Positions 7,768 to 16,752 are shown, numbered from the stretch's first letter. The stretch: DNA of 59,194 bases from an uncultured Gammaproteobacteria bacterium (GCA_964628855.1 CAZVMV010000007.1:1-59194); one strand, 5' to 3'. Made by a program: numbers and translations. Notes: generated from the sequence alone by a model not told the origin.

Positions 7768-8907
7768 ATGAAGATTGGGATTGACTGTCGGACAATATTA
7801 AATCCAAAAGGTGGCGAGGGCGCCGGGGTAGGGCATTATACTTATTATTTGGTTCAGAGTTTGCTGCAGCTCGATCACAAAAATTCCTACATACTTTTTT
7901 TTGACCGAAGGCTCCCGGACATATCTTCATTCACGCGCCCGAATGTGAAAGTGAAGTATTTCCCTTTTTCCCAATACAACCGGTTCCTGCCGTTTGCTTA
8001 TTCGCATATGCTGATAACCGCCTTCCTCATGAAGGAAGGTTTGGACGTTTTCCATTCGCCGATTTCTTCCGTACCTTTGACTTACCCGAAAAAGACGGTG
8101 GTAACCGTCCATGATCTGGCGATTTACAAAAATCCCGCCTGGTTCCCTTCGCAGATTTTTTCCACTAAACTGCTGGTACCCCGCAGCCTGAAAACGGCTG
8201 ACCGCATCATAGCCGTTTCCGAAAGCACTAAGCATGATTTGCAAGAAATATTTAATGTGCCAAGCCGGAAAATTAAGGTCATTTATGAAGGCGTGGACGT
8301 GAAAAAAATACAACTGAAGAGTAAAAAAATTGACAGCGTTTCCTCTTTTAAAATCGGCAAACAGTACATTCTGTTCGTCGGGACAATCGAGCCGAGGAAA
8401 AACCTGGTAACCTTAGTCAGGGCTTATAAGAAACTTAACCAGTTAGGCGGTGGATTTGCGGGATATGAATTAGTAATTGCCGGCGCCAAGGGATACAAAC
8501 ATGAGGAGCTTTTTGCGGAAATCAAATCACTTGGTCTGTCGAAAAATGTAAAATACCTGGGTTATGTCACCCACAACCAAAAAATTGAATTGCTGAAACG
8601 GGCCAGTTGTTTCGTTTTCCCTTCAAGTTATGAGGGATTTGGCCTGCCGATTCTGGAGGCGATGGCCCTCGGGACACCTGTGGTGACTAGCAATATTTCT
8701 TCTTTACCAGAAGTTGCCGGCAAGGCTGCCGTCCTATTTGATCCTGAGAAGGAACAGACGATCGTCAATGCCCTGCGTAAGGTTTTGGGCGACAAACAAA
8801 CGCACGAAAGATTGAGTCAGATCGGATCTCGCCAGGCTGAGAAATTTTCCTGGGAAATCTGCGCGAGCGAGACGATCAAAGTATACGAGAGCTTGAAATC
8901 AAAATAA
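7768..8907 (+). CDS. Glycosyltransferase family 4 (GT-B)
   Basis: TVHDL, IIAVSESTK, FVGTIEPRKN, FPSSYEGFGLPILEAMALGTPV. Confidence 0.93.
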   Translation: MKIGIDCRTILNPKGGEGAGVGHYTYYLVQSLLQLDHKNSYILFFDRRLPDISSFTRPNVKVKYFPFSQYNRFLPFAYSHMLITAFLMKEGLDVFHSPISSVPLTYPKKTVVTVHDLAIYKNPAWFPSQIFSTKLLVPRSLKTADRIIAVSESTKHDLQEIFNVPSRKIKVIYEGVDVKKIQLKSKKIDSVSSFKIGKQYILFVGTIEPRKNLVTLVRAYKKLNQLGGGFAGYELVIAGAKGYKHEELFAEIKSLGLSKNVKYLGYVTHNQKIELLKRASCFVFPSSYEGFGLPILEAMALGTPVVTSNISSLPEVAGKAAVLFDPEKEQTIVNALRKVLGDKQTHERLSQIGSRQAEKFSWEICASETIKVYESLKSK

Positions 8908-8910
8908 TAA

Positions 8911-9189
8911 ATGTGGCATTACGAAAAAGACGGTGGCACGGTACTGCAGGTAAAGGTCATCCCGGGCGCCCGGAAATCGGGCGTGGTTGGCGTGCTTGGT
9001 GACTTTCTGAAAGTCAAAATAACTGCCAGTCCGCAGAAAGGGAGGGCTAACGACGCGTTAATTGAATTCTTTGCGAAACGGTTGAATGTCGCGCCATCGC
9101 AAATTCACATTATTCGAGGGCAGACACAGCCGCTGAAGCTGCTGTTTGTCCCCGTAGCTAGTGAAATTATCAAGTCATTAATAAAATAA
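8911..9189 (+). CDS. DUF167 / YggU family protein
   Basis: LQVKVIPGARKS...LKVKITASPQKGRANDALIEFFAK.L.V..SQI.IIRGQT. Confidence 0.9.
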   Translation: MWHYEKDGGTVLQVKVIPGARKSGVVGVLGDFLKVKITASPQKGRANDALIEFFAKRLNVAPSQIHIIRGQTQPLKLLFVPVASEIIKSLIK

Positions 9190-9217
9190 AAAGCCGCTGG
9201 TTTCATAACCAGTCGGC
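9183..9217 (-). terminator. Intrinsic terminator of the minus-strand orphan
   Basis: GCCG-CTGGT-loop-ACCAG-T-CGGC hairpin at 9193-9217, preceded on + by an A-run (U-tract on minus). Confidence 0.6.
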
Positions 9218-9238
9218 CAAATCTTTCCTCGAGAATCC

Positions 9239-9481
9239 TTACTGGTGCTGGACGATGTAATCCCCGCTGTGGTCGATGCGGAAAGTCTGACTGTCCATCC
9301 CCACGACACCTTCCTTTTCGGGCATGACCAACCAGGTGCTACTGCCGCCGACATGATGCGGCAGGGGATTTTTTCTTTCCATGAGGGTGATGACTTCATC
9401 CGCTTCTATTTGCACCGTGCCTACTATTTCCCCCTTTTGTACTTCCTGGAAGGTGATTGGTGAGATAATTCTAACGATCAT
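9239..9481 (-). CDS. Hypothetical protein, 80 aa (MIVRIISP...)
   Basis: AAGGAGG SD 5 nt before the ATG at 9481; TTGACG-17-TAGCCT promoter at 9571-9543; terminator downstream. Confidence 0.7.
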   Translation of the reverse strand: MIVRIISPITFQEVQKGEIVGTVQIEADEVITLMERKNPLPHHVGGSSTWLVMPEKEGVVGMDSQTFRIDHSGDYIVQHQ

Positions 9482-9656
9482 TAGTGCCTCCTTAAAGGGT
9501 TTGAAGGTGCCATAAAAATCAGCTTCATTCTGATAGTATTTCAGGCTATCACCGTAACTATTGTTCGTCAAGGGATTGCCACAAAACTTTAATTAAATAA
9601 CTGATGCATAACAAAATTTGTCGCTGACCCTTGCTTTATGGCCATAATATGTTAGT

Positions 9657-9828
9657 CTATTGGCACGAAGTTTGTCCCTGAAGCGATGGTTGCGTGGTTT
9701 CGGGTCGTTACCAGCCCATCCTCGCGGCGCATCGACGGGGGACGGACGGGAAAGCCGATGTCCGGACAGGCTTCCGACCTTGCCAGGACTTGCGGTTGGC
9801 CGCTGAGTATTTGCCAGCGGTCTTTTTT
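9657..9828 (+). ncRNA. Candidate structured small RNA (6S-like possible)
   Basis: TATAAT at 9645-9650; a GC-rich pairable island in AT-rich DNA; terminal stem GTCC(C)TG/CAGGAC; terminator CCGCTG/CAGCGG followed by TCTTTTTT. Confidence 0.5.
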
Positions 9829-9879
9829 ATTTGACGTAACATGTCGGAGTAATATACTTATTAAGTAAGGATTTTGCCA

Positions 9880-9963
9880 ATGGATATTATTATAAAAATC
9901 ATTTTGATGCCGGTTTGGTTGCTATTCAAGGTTTTCGGAATAGACATTTTTGACGATCATTAG
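9880..9963 (+). CDS. Small hydrophobic peptide, 27 aa: MDIIIKIILMPVWLLFKVFGIDIFDDH
   Basis: Below the track cutoff. TTGACG-16-TATACT promoter (9831-9858), AAGGA 8 nt before the ATG, single hydrophobic helix. Confidence 0.5.
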   Translation: MDIIIKIILMPVWLLFKVFGIDIFDDH

Positions 9964-10063
9964 GAGTTTGTCGATTTAGTTGAAACGACCGAAGTCCTTC
10001 ATTCTTGACTGATGGTTGGATCTGTTATAAAGTTGCTGAAATGCCCATTTAGAAGGAGGATTG

Positions 10064-10405
10064 ATGGAGAGTATGCTGTTGCTGTTGTTTGTTTTTTGCA
10101 TCGGGGGACTGGTTTATCTAAAGGTCAAGGATGAGCGCTCCGCTTGTTATAACCCAAAATCTTTTTTTGGGAGAGCGACCAACGCCGGTAAAAAATTCAA
10201 ATCCGGAGAATGTACGGTCGAACACCTTTTGAAGATCATCCCAAATACTGCCAATTACCGAGACAAGTATGTCAAGATATTGGCCAGGCGTGTATCATAT
10301 ACGAATATTCAACAGCTTGAACAAGTGCGCGCCAGCATAGCGGCGCACCGACCCCATTTGTTTGGGGAGATCCAGGCCGCTGACATCAATAAGCCGATCT
10401 TTTGA
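10064..10405 (+). CDS. Hypothetical protein with N-terminal membrane anchor
   Basis: AAGGAGG SD at 10053-10059; TTGACT-17-TAAAGT promoter; N-terminal hydrophobic stretch MLLLLFVFCIGGLVYL. Confidence 0.7.
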   Translation: MESMLLLLFVFCIGGLVYLKVKDERSACYNPKSFFGRATNAGKKFKSGECTVEHLLKIIPNTANYRDKYVKILARRVSYTNIQQLEQVRASIAAHRPHLFGEIQAADINKPIF

Positions 10406-10410
10406 TGAAA

Positions 10411-10444
10411 GGCTCCAGGAATTGGATTCCGGAGTTTTTTGTTT
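10411..10444 (+). terminator. Intrinsic terminator
   Basis: CTCC-A-GGAAT-TGG-ATTCC-GGAG followed by TTTTTGTTTT. Confidence 0.7.
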
Positions 10445-10502
10445 TCAGTAATGATACAACCTGGACAAAATCACGTTTTTTTTGTACAATCAGTACTACA
10501 TT

Positions 10503-13421
10503 ATGCCTGACAATATACAAAAGACACAAACACCTAAATCAATATTTCCGGGCATCGAAAAGGAAGTTTTGGAGTTTTGGGTCAAGGAAAACATATTTCA
10601 AAAGACGCTGGAACAGACGAAAAACGGCAAGCCGTTCGTTTTTTTTGAGGGCCCGCCGACTGCTAACGGCAAACCCGGCATTCATCATGTCTTAGCGCGT
10701 GCTTACAAAGACGTCATTGTCCGGTATAAGACGATGCGAGGTTTTTATGTCGAACGGAAAGCCGGCTGGGACACGCATGGCCTGCCTGTCGAAATCCAGG
10801 TAGAAAAAGAACTGGGCATATCAGGCAAACCGGAAATAGAAAAATTCGGGATCGAGGCGTTCAATAAGAAATGCCGAGAAAGCGTGTGGAAATATAAGGC
10901 TGATTTGGAGGAAATGACCAGGAAGATCGGTTTTTGGCTGGACATGGATCATCCGTACGTGACATATGAGAATTCTTATATCGAGTCATTGTGGTGGGTT
11001 ATCAGGCAGATTTGGGATAAAGGACTATTATACAAAGGCTACAAAGTTGTTCCGCACTGTCCGCGATGCGGTACGGCATTGTCTTCGCATGAAGTAGCGC
11101 AGGGGTATAAGTCAGTCGAGGATAATTCCGTCTACATAAAATTCAGAGTTGTCGGACAGGATAATACCTATATCTTGTCTTGGACCACGACACCATGGAC
11201 ATTACCCGGAAATGTCGCGCTTGCTGTCGGCAAGGATATTACATATAAAAAAATTAAAGACAATGATGATCATTTGATTTTGGCCGAAACAGCCGTTCAA
11301 AAACTTTTTCCTGACGCCGAAGTCGAAGAGACCGTGAAAGGAGATAGGCTTGTCGGCCTCGAATATGAACCGTTGTTTAATATCGACCAGTTACATACGG
11401 ACAAATCGTATCGCGTTTATGCCGCTGATTTCGTTTCCACGACCGATGGAACTGGCGTTGTGCATACGGCAGTCATGTATGGCGAGGACGATTACCAGTT
11501 AGGAGAGAGGTTTGGGTTGCCAAAACATCACACCGTTGATTTAAACGGTAATTTTACGGCCGAAGTTTCCAAATGGGCCGGCAGATTCGTGAAAGACAAG
11601 GAAGTAGAAAAGGGGATAGTCGCAGACCTAAAAGAGCGCGGGCTATTGCTGAAAGAGGAAATTTACCGTCATGACTACCCATTCTGCTGGAGATGCGGCA
11701 CGCCCCTGCTCTATTATGCAAAGGATTCCTGGTTTATCGCCATGAGCAAAGTGAAGGACCAATTGATAAAGAATAATGAAGCCATTAGTTGGGTGCCAGG
11801 CTACATTAAACATGGCCGGTTCGGCGAATGGCTGAATGAGGTGAAGGACTGGGCTTTTTCCCGAGAAAGATATTGGGGCACGCCGCTTCCGATCTGGGAG
11901 TGCGCTAAATGCCAGACACGGGAGTGTGTCGGTTCCCTTGAAGAACTGAAAAGTCATGGCGTTGAAACAAATTCTCTTGATCTGCATCGCCCGACTGTCG
12001 ACGGCATTACTTTTAACTGTACTTGTGGGGGCATCATGCATCGGGTGAAAGAGGTGGTTGACGTGTGGTTCGACTCCGGCTGTATGCCGTATGCCCAGTG
12101 GCATTATCCGTTTGAAAATAAGGAGCGTATCGACAATGGTGAGAGTTTCCCGGCTGATTTTATCGCCGAAGGGATCGACCAGACCCGCGGCTGGTTTTAT
12201 ACGCTTCTGGCCGTGGCTACGCTATTGGGCAAAGGAGCGCCGTACAAGAATGTCGTGTGCCTGAATTTGGTTTTTGATGCCAAGGGGCAGAAAATGTCCA
12301 AGTCGAAGGGAAATATAGTGGACCCATTTTATATCATCGATAAGTTCGGCGCTGATACTCTGCGTTGGTTCTTGTTCACCGTTAACCAGCCGGGCGACGC
12401 CAAACTGTTCGACGAAAAACAACTGGAAGAAGTGGTGAAAAAGCAATGGTTGATATTATGGAATATCCTGTCATTCTGGAAAATGTATGCCGGATCGGAA
12501 CCAAAGGATTTTCCGGTCGAAGTGCGTAGGTCAGCTCATGTGTTGGACAAATGGATTATCGCTAAATTGCACGATACGGTCAGTCAGGCGACGAACATGA
12601 TGGATACTTATGGCGCAACTGAAACAGGCAGGCTGATCGCCGATCTGATCACCGAACTGTCCACTTGGTATGTGCGCCGGTCGCGTGACCGGTTCAAAAA
12701 AGAAGGCGATGATAAGAAGGACGCATTGGCCGTCCTACGGTACGCCTTGGTCACGATTTCCCGGTTGTTGGCGCCATTCGCGCCTTTTATGGCAGAAGCG
12801 TTGTACCGCGAAGTTAGAATTGCCGCGGAACCAGCTAGCGTGCACCTGACCGGCTGGCCAAAAGGAACGGCCACATCGGAAGGAACGGTAATCATGAAAC
12901 AGATGTCCTTAGTCCGGCAGGCAGTAGAGCTGGGACACAGCGTACGTAAAGAGAAGCAGATTAAAGTTCGCCAACCTTTGTCCCAATTCATTATCATGGG
13001 GCCGGCTTTGGAACCGGATCTGAAAAAGGTAGTACAAGAAGAGGTAAATGTGAAAGAGGTCATTTCCGTGGAAAAGATGCCCCAGGGTTCAGAATTCGCG
13101 ATCAAGGAATCAGGCGGCTTGACCGTTGCCCTGGATACCACCATCACCGACGAGCTGAAATACGAAGGCATGGTCAGGGAAATGGTCAGACAGATCAATT
13201 CCATGCGCAAGGATGCGCATTTGACTATTGGTGACACGATCAGCCTGTATTATGAAATACCCGATGTTGAATTGGAAAAAATATTCCTGCATTATAAGAA
13301 TACTATTATCCATGACGTGATCGCCAGCATTTGCCTAAAAGGCTTGCCGGAAAATGTCGATTTGAAGACGGTGTTTGAAATTGCAGGTGTTCGCGTTACG
13401 TTCGGTATCAAGGGGAATTAA
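10503..13421 (+). CDS. ileS: Isoleucine--tRNA ligase, type 2 (eukaryote-like), GIHH motif
   Basis: EGPPTANGKPGIHH, GWDTHGLPVE, WTTTPWTLPGN, DW.FSRERYWGTP, EGIDQTRGWFY, KMSKS; no C-terminal Zn domain. Confidence 0.97.
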   Translation: MPDNIQKTQTPKSIFPGIEKEVLEFWVKENIFQKTLEQTKNGKPFVFFEGPPTANGKPGIHHVLARAYKDVIVRYKTMRGFYVERKAGWDTHGLPVEIQVEKELGISGKPEIEKFGIEAFNKKCRESVWKYKADLEEMTRKIGFWLDMDHPYVTYENSYIESLWWVIRQIWDKGLLYKGYKVVPHCPRCGTALSSHEVAQGYKSVEDNSVYIKFRVVGQDNTYILSWTTTPWTLPGNVALAVGKDITYKKIKDNDDHLILAETAVQKLFPDAEVEETVKGDRLVGLEYEPLFNIDQLHTDKSYRVYAADFVSTTDGTGVVHTAVMYGEDDYQLGERFGLPKHHTVDLNGNFTAEVSKWAGRFVKDKEVEKGIVADLKERGLLLKEEIYRHDYPFCWRCGTPLLYYAKDSWFIAMSKVKDQLIKNNEAISWVPGYIKHGRFGEWLNEVKDWAFSRERYWGTPLPIWECAKCQTRECVGSLEELKSHGVETNSLDLHRPTVDGITFNCTCGGIMHRVKEVVDVWFDSGCMPYAQWHYPFENKERIDNGESFPADFIAEGIDQTRGWFYTLLAVATLLGKGAPYKNVVCLNLVFDAKGQKMSKSKGNIVDPFYIIDKFGADTLRWFLFTVNQPGDAKLFDEKQLEEVVKKQWLILWNILSFWKMYAGSEPKDFPVEVRRSAHVLDKWIIAKLHDTVSQATNMMDTYGATETGRLIADLITELSTWYVRRSRDRFKKEGDDKKDALAVLRYALVTISRLLAPFAPFMAEALYREVRIAAEPASVHLTGWPKGTATSEGTVIMKQMSLVRQAVELGHSVRKEKQIKVRQPLSQFIIMGPALEPDLKKVVQEEVNVKEVISVEKMPQGSEFAIKESGGLTVALDTTITDELKYEGMVREMVRQINSMRKDAHLTIGDTISLYYEIPDVELEKIFLHYKNTIIHDVIASICLKGLPENVDLKTVFEIAGVRVTFGIKGN

Positions 13422-13426
13422 ATCCG

Positions 13427-14179
13427 ATGGGCACCTATGTGACAGAGGGGATCGTGCTCAAACATAGTCTGTGGCGGGAAGCCGACAGGACTATTGTGGT
13501 TTATACCCGCGACCGTGGTAAGGTAAGCGTCGTTGCCCGTGGCGCCAGGAAAATATTGAGCAAGTTGGCCGGCAGTGTCGAGCCCGTGACGTTGGTCCAA
13601 GTCGCTGCCGTTCACGGAAGAAAAAATGATACCCTGACCGGGTCAGAGGTCCTGTATTCCTTCCCGCTGTTGCATCAGAATGTTTCTGGTATGTCGATGG
13701 CCATGCTGATCGGCGAGGTGATCGACCGTTCAACTTATGCTAGCGACCACGATCCGAAAATATTTGAATTATTAGATGAATCATTACGAGAACTTGAGCT
13801 TGCCAGTACTCGTCCATACCCCGACGCTTTTGTTGTTTCTCTTAAGTTTGTCTGGCAGTTTTTAGCGGCAGTCGGCTACCATCCGGAGCTTTATAATTGT
13901 ATCGAATGTCACGCCTTGGTCAGGCAGGAAAAAAATTTTTTTGATTTCAAGAAAGGTGGGCTGATTTGTCCAAAATGCGGAATTAGCTCGTCTGAGAGGT
14001 TGGCAGTTAATCCAGAAATGATAAAAGTAGTGCGTTGGATGGTTGATCCTAGCCATGTCCAGGGCCGCTTGAGGGTAACTCCCGATTTAGCCGTCCTAAT
14101 CGGCAAGCTCACAAATACTTACTTAAATTACACCCATGAACATGGCCTGGATTTCGAGCCATTCCTGAGGTTGGCATGA
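13427..14179 (+). CDS. recO: DNA repair protein RecO
   Basis: TEGIVLK..WREADR.IVVYTRDRGKV..VARGARK OB-fold; GYHPELYNCIEC...GGLICPKC Zn finger. Confidence 0.95.
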   Translation: MGTYVTEGIVLKHSLWREADRTIVVYTRDRGKVSVVARGARKILSKLAGSVEPVTLVQVAAVHGRKNDTLTGSEVLYSFPLLHQNVSGMSMAMLIGEVIDRSTYASDHDPKIFELLDESLRELELASTRPYPDAFVVSLKFVWQFLAAVGYHPELYNCIECHALVRQEKNFFDFKKGGLICPKCGISSSERLAVNPEMIKVVRWMVDPSHVQGRLRVTPDLAVLIGKLTNTYLNYTHEHGLDFEPFLRLA

Positions 14180-14204
14180 TTTGGTATAATGTAGGAAACC
14201 GAGT

Positions 14205-16226
14205 ATGGCAAAAAAAATAAAATCAGACAGTAAAAACCCAACCGCAAGTACCGATGGAACAAGCCTTCAGTCGGATCGAGACGCAATCCGTAAGATTCTC
14301 GTATCTGATGATTCCGACGAAGTTACCAATACCGTAAAATCAAATTCACAGTCCAAGGATTTTGCGGCTTTGTACCAGGCAAAGGGCATCGCCAGGTCAG
14401 AAATGTTCACTATTGACCGGCGTGATCCCAACAAACGCAAGAAAATAATCGCGTGGGTTGTCTGCGGCTTGGCGTTAATCGTCGTGGTGACCCTCTCGGG
14501 GTTTTATTTTTTTGTGAACCGCCAGAAGCAATTCAAGGGTGAAAACATTTCTATACTTACCACCGCCCCGCCCTCAGTAGCCGCTGGCGCGGATAATAAT
14601 TTTTCCATTGAAGTAAGAAACGATGAAGCGGTTGATATAAAGAATGTCGAGTTAACTGTCCAATTTCCGGATGGTTTTATTTTCAAATCATCCTCGCCAA
14701 GCTCTGAGAACGACGCGCATAACGCCTGGTCATTGCAAACTATCGGCAGTGGCAAGAGTCGCACAGTCGAAATTGTCGGCCAACCATTTGGTGATATTGG
14801 CACGATGCAATCATTTTCCGTACTAGTTACGTACACGCCGGCAAATTTCAACTCGGAGTTCCAGAAATCAAGCACTTTCAATGTCACCCTGAGCAAATCT
14901 GCAATCAGCCTGAACATGGAGGTGCCGCTTAAGGTTGTCAGTGGACATGCGGCTGATTACCGCATTAAGTTTACCAATAATTCAAGGGACGTCTTCAATA
15001 ATGTGCGAATGTCGATTATTTGGCCGGAAGACGTTGTTGTCGGTAGCCTGAACCCTGCCCCAACTGACGCAGCTAAACAGATTTGGGAAATAGACCAGGT
15101 AGCCGCCGGCGCCAGTTATGAGGTTTCTTTTAAAGGCACCGTTTCCGGGGCTGAGGGAGCCATGCGAGAATTCAAGGCTGAAGTGGGCTATACTGATTCT
15201 GCTGGCCAGAATCACAAGCAGGCCGAAGGTTCTTCGATTGTGATTGTGGCAAATCCGCAATTATTGCTGAATTTATTAATAAACAACAGTGCAAATAACT
15301 CAGCCGTTGATTTCGGAAGCACGATTGATTATACGTTGAAATATCGCAATGACAGCCAGTCTGAAATCAAGGACATGGGCTTGCAACTCAAGGTGGAGAG
15401 CGGTTTGGTCGATTGGAATAATATTATTAACACAAATAATGGCAAAATTGTCGGTGGAACTGTCACGTGGGATAGTAATGGGCTGCCTGCGTTGAAATCG
15501 GTCAAGCCAGGTGATGAAGGCGAAGTCCAGATCCGGGTCAGCGTGAAAGAGCCGCCGTTGGCGAAAACAACCGGGGATAAAAATTATTCCATTATCAGCC
15601 AGGCCAAAGCGGTTTCTGCAAATGTTGTCGATCTGGAAGGTGGGTCATTGTCAGTCGATAGCAATAGCATTACGACTAAAATCAACAGTAAAATCTCACT
15701 CCGGTCAGAAGGCAGGTATTATTCCGACGAATATGCTGCAGTCGGATCGGGACCCTTGCCCCCACAGGTTGGGCAGAAAACAACATACGTTATATATTGG
15801 TACTTGGAAAACTCCGGCAATGAAGTCCAAAATATGGCTGTCACGACCGTATTGCCAGAGTGGGTTATCTGGCAAAACATTTCTAAAGTTACGGCAGGTT
15901 CGATCAGCTATGACAGCACAACCCGTACAGTAACGTGGTCGATAAATAAACTGCCTCCACAGGTCGGGCAACTGATCCCTGAGCTGGCGGCTAATTTTTC
16001 CATATCTGTTACTCCGACTAGTTCTGACGTCGGGAAGCTGCTGATCCTGACCGGGAAAAGCCTGGGTACAGGCGTTGATTCATTTACCGGCCAGACCCTG
16101 GCACCGAGCCAGGACATGATTACGTCTGATCTGATCCATGACCCCCAAGCAACTGGGAAAGGAATAGTCATAGATTCCACTACGATCAATACGAACATAG
16201 GAACAAATTCTAACGTTAATATATAA
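14205..16226 (+). CDS. Single-pass membrane protein with extracellular beta-sandwich (DUF11-like) repeats
   Basis: Charged N-terminus, TM (IIAWVVCGLALIVVVTLSGFYFFV), repeated Y.I.F.N/..V.LP/..W.I..L units; GSGPLPPQVGQKTTYVIYW. Confidence 0.8.
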   Translation: MAKKIKSDSKNPTASTDGTSLQSDRDAIRKILVSDDSDEVTNTVKSNSQSKDFAALYQAKGIARSEMFTIDRRDPNKRKKIIAWVVCGLALIVVVTLSGFYFFVNRQKQFKGENISILTTAPPSVAAGADNNFSIEVRNDEAVDIKNVELTVQFPDGFIFKSSSPSSENDAHNAWSLQTIGSGKSRTVEIVGQPFGDIGTMQSFSVLVTYTPANFNSEFQKSSTFNVTLSKSAISLNMEVPLKVVSGHAADYRIKFTNNSRDVFNNVRMSIIWPEDVVVGSLNPAPTDAAKQIWEIDQVAAGASYEVSFKGTVSGAEGAMREFKAEVGYTDSAGQNHKQAEGSSIVIVANPQLLLNLLINNSANNSAVDFGSTIDYTLKYRNDSQSEIKDMGLQLKVESGLVDWNNIINTNNGKIVGGTVTWDSNGLPALKSVKPGDEGEVQIRVSVKEPPLAKTTGDKNYSIISQAKAVSANVVDLEGGSLSVDSNSITTKINSKISLRSEGRYYSDEYAAVGSGPLPPQVGQKTTYVIYWYLENSGNEVQNMAVTTVLPEWVIWQNISKVTAGSISYDSTTRTVTWSINKLPPQVGQLIPELAANFSISVTPTSSDVGKLLILTGKSLGTGVDSFTGQTLAPSQDMITSDLIHDPQATGKGIVIDSTTINTNIGTNSNVNI

Positions 16227-16296
16227 GGAATATTAGAATAAGTATTATTTAGTGGCTAATTTTAGCCATTTTTTAATATGTTGTGAATATCTAATC

Positions 16297-16325
16297 TTGA
16301 CATGGGAAGCGCAATATCCTATACT
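16297..16325 (+). promoter_or_regulatory. Near-consensus sigma70 promoter
   Basis: TTGACA(16297-16302)-17 nt-TATACT(16320-16325); GGGAAG/CTTCCC inverted repeat overlaps it. Confidence 0.8.
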
Positions 16326-16329
16326 TCCC

Positions 16330-16710
16330 GGTTACGCTAATAAAACCACAATTTACCGGGTAATTCGCGCTGAAGGAGAGGGCAGCAAGATTACCCACAG
16401 ATTACTATTACTGAAGGTGCTCTCTCGAGGACCTTGTTTTTTTCCAGTGATTTGGAGGGAGGGCAAAAAGGTCGGCAGCGGTATCGCGATGGGTTTACTC
16501 ATCAAAGACATCTGCACCGACTGGCTAAAGTGGACTTCGGTCATAAGCTTTAGCACCGCATACTCTCCAAATCCGTGGGTAAAAGCTGGTACATTGAAAA
16601 CACGATACGAACACGAAAACACTTTTCTATTGTTTGGGAACAGCCTGTTGGCGGTTAAACCATTGACCACAACCGGCTGTTCTCAAACTAATCCATCGTT
16701 AGGATGATCA
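16330..16710 (+). ncRNA. Candidate large structured RNA or 5' leader of unknown family
   Basis: At least eight helices, including a 14-bp stem (16632-16645/16675-16688), a 9-bp perfect stem (16449-16457/16565-16573) and a cUUCGg tetraloop. All G.U wobbles are oriented for the + strand. Confidence 0.65.
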
Positions 16711-16752
16711 CAGTGATTGTCCTGCGGTGTACAAAATCGTAGGAGGTGTGTT

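Noticed and set aside
16366-16480. Glycine-riboswitch-like (GGAGAG, CTGAAGG, CTCTC) and SAM-I-like (TGGAGGGA, CGGCAGC) words
   Set aside because: Spacing and the remaining conserved cores do not fit either model by eye; cmscan would settle it.
16252-16707. 151-aa plus-strand ORF (and 105-aa minus-strand ORF) across the structured region
   Set aside because: It starts at GTG inside a terminator-like hairpin, runs through a consensus promoter, has no SD and has no protein-like motif. It remains the main alternative to the RNA interpretation.
16330-16710. RNase P RNA, group I intron or group II intron
   Set aside because: No GAGGAAAGTCC/ACAGAA..CGGCTTA, no P7 R/S elements and no domain V motif on either strand.
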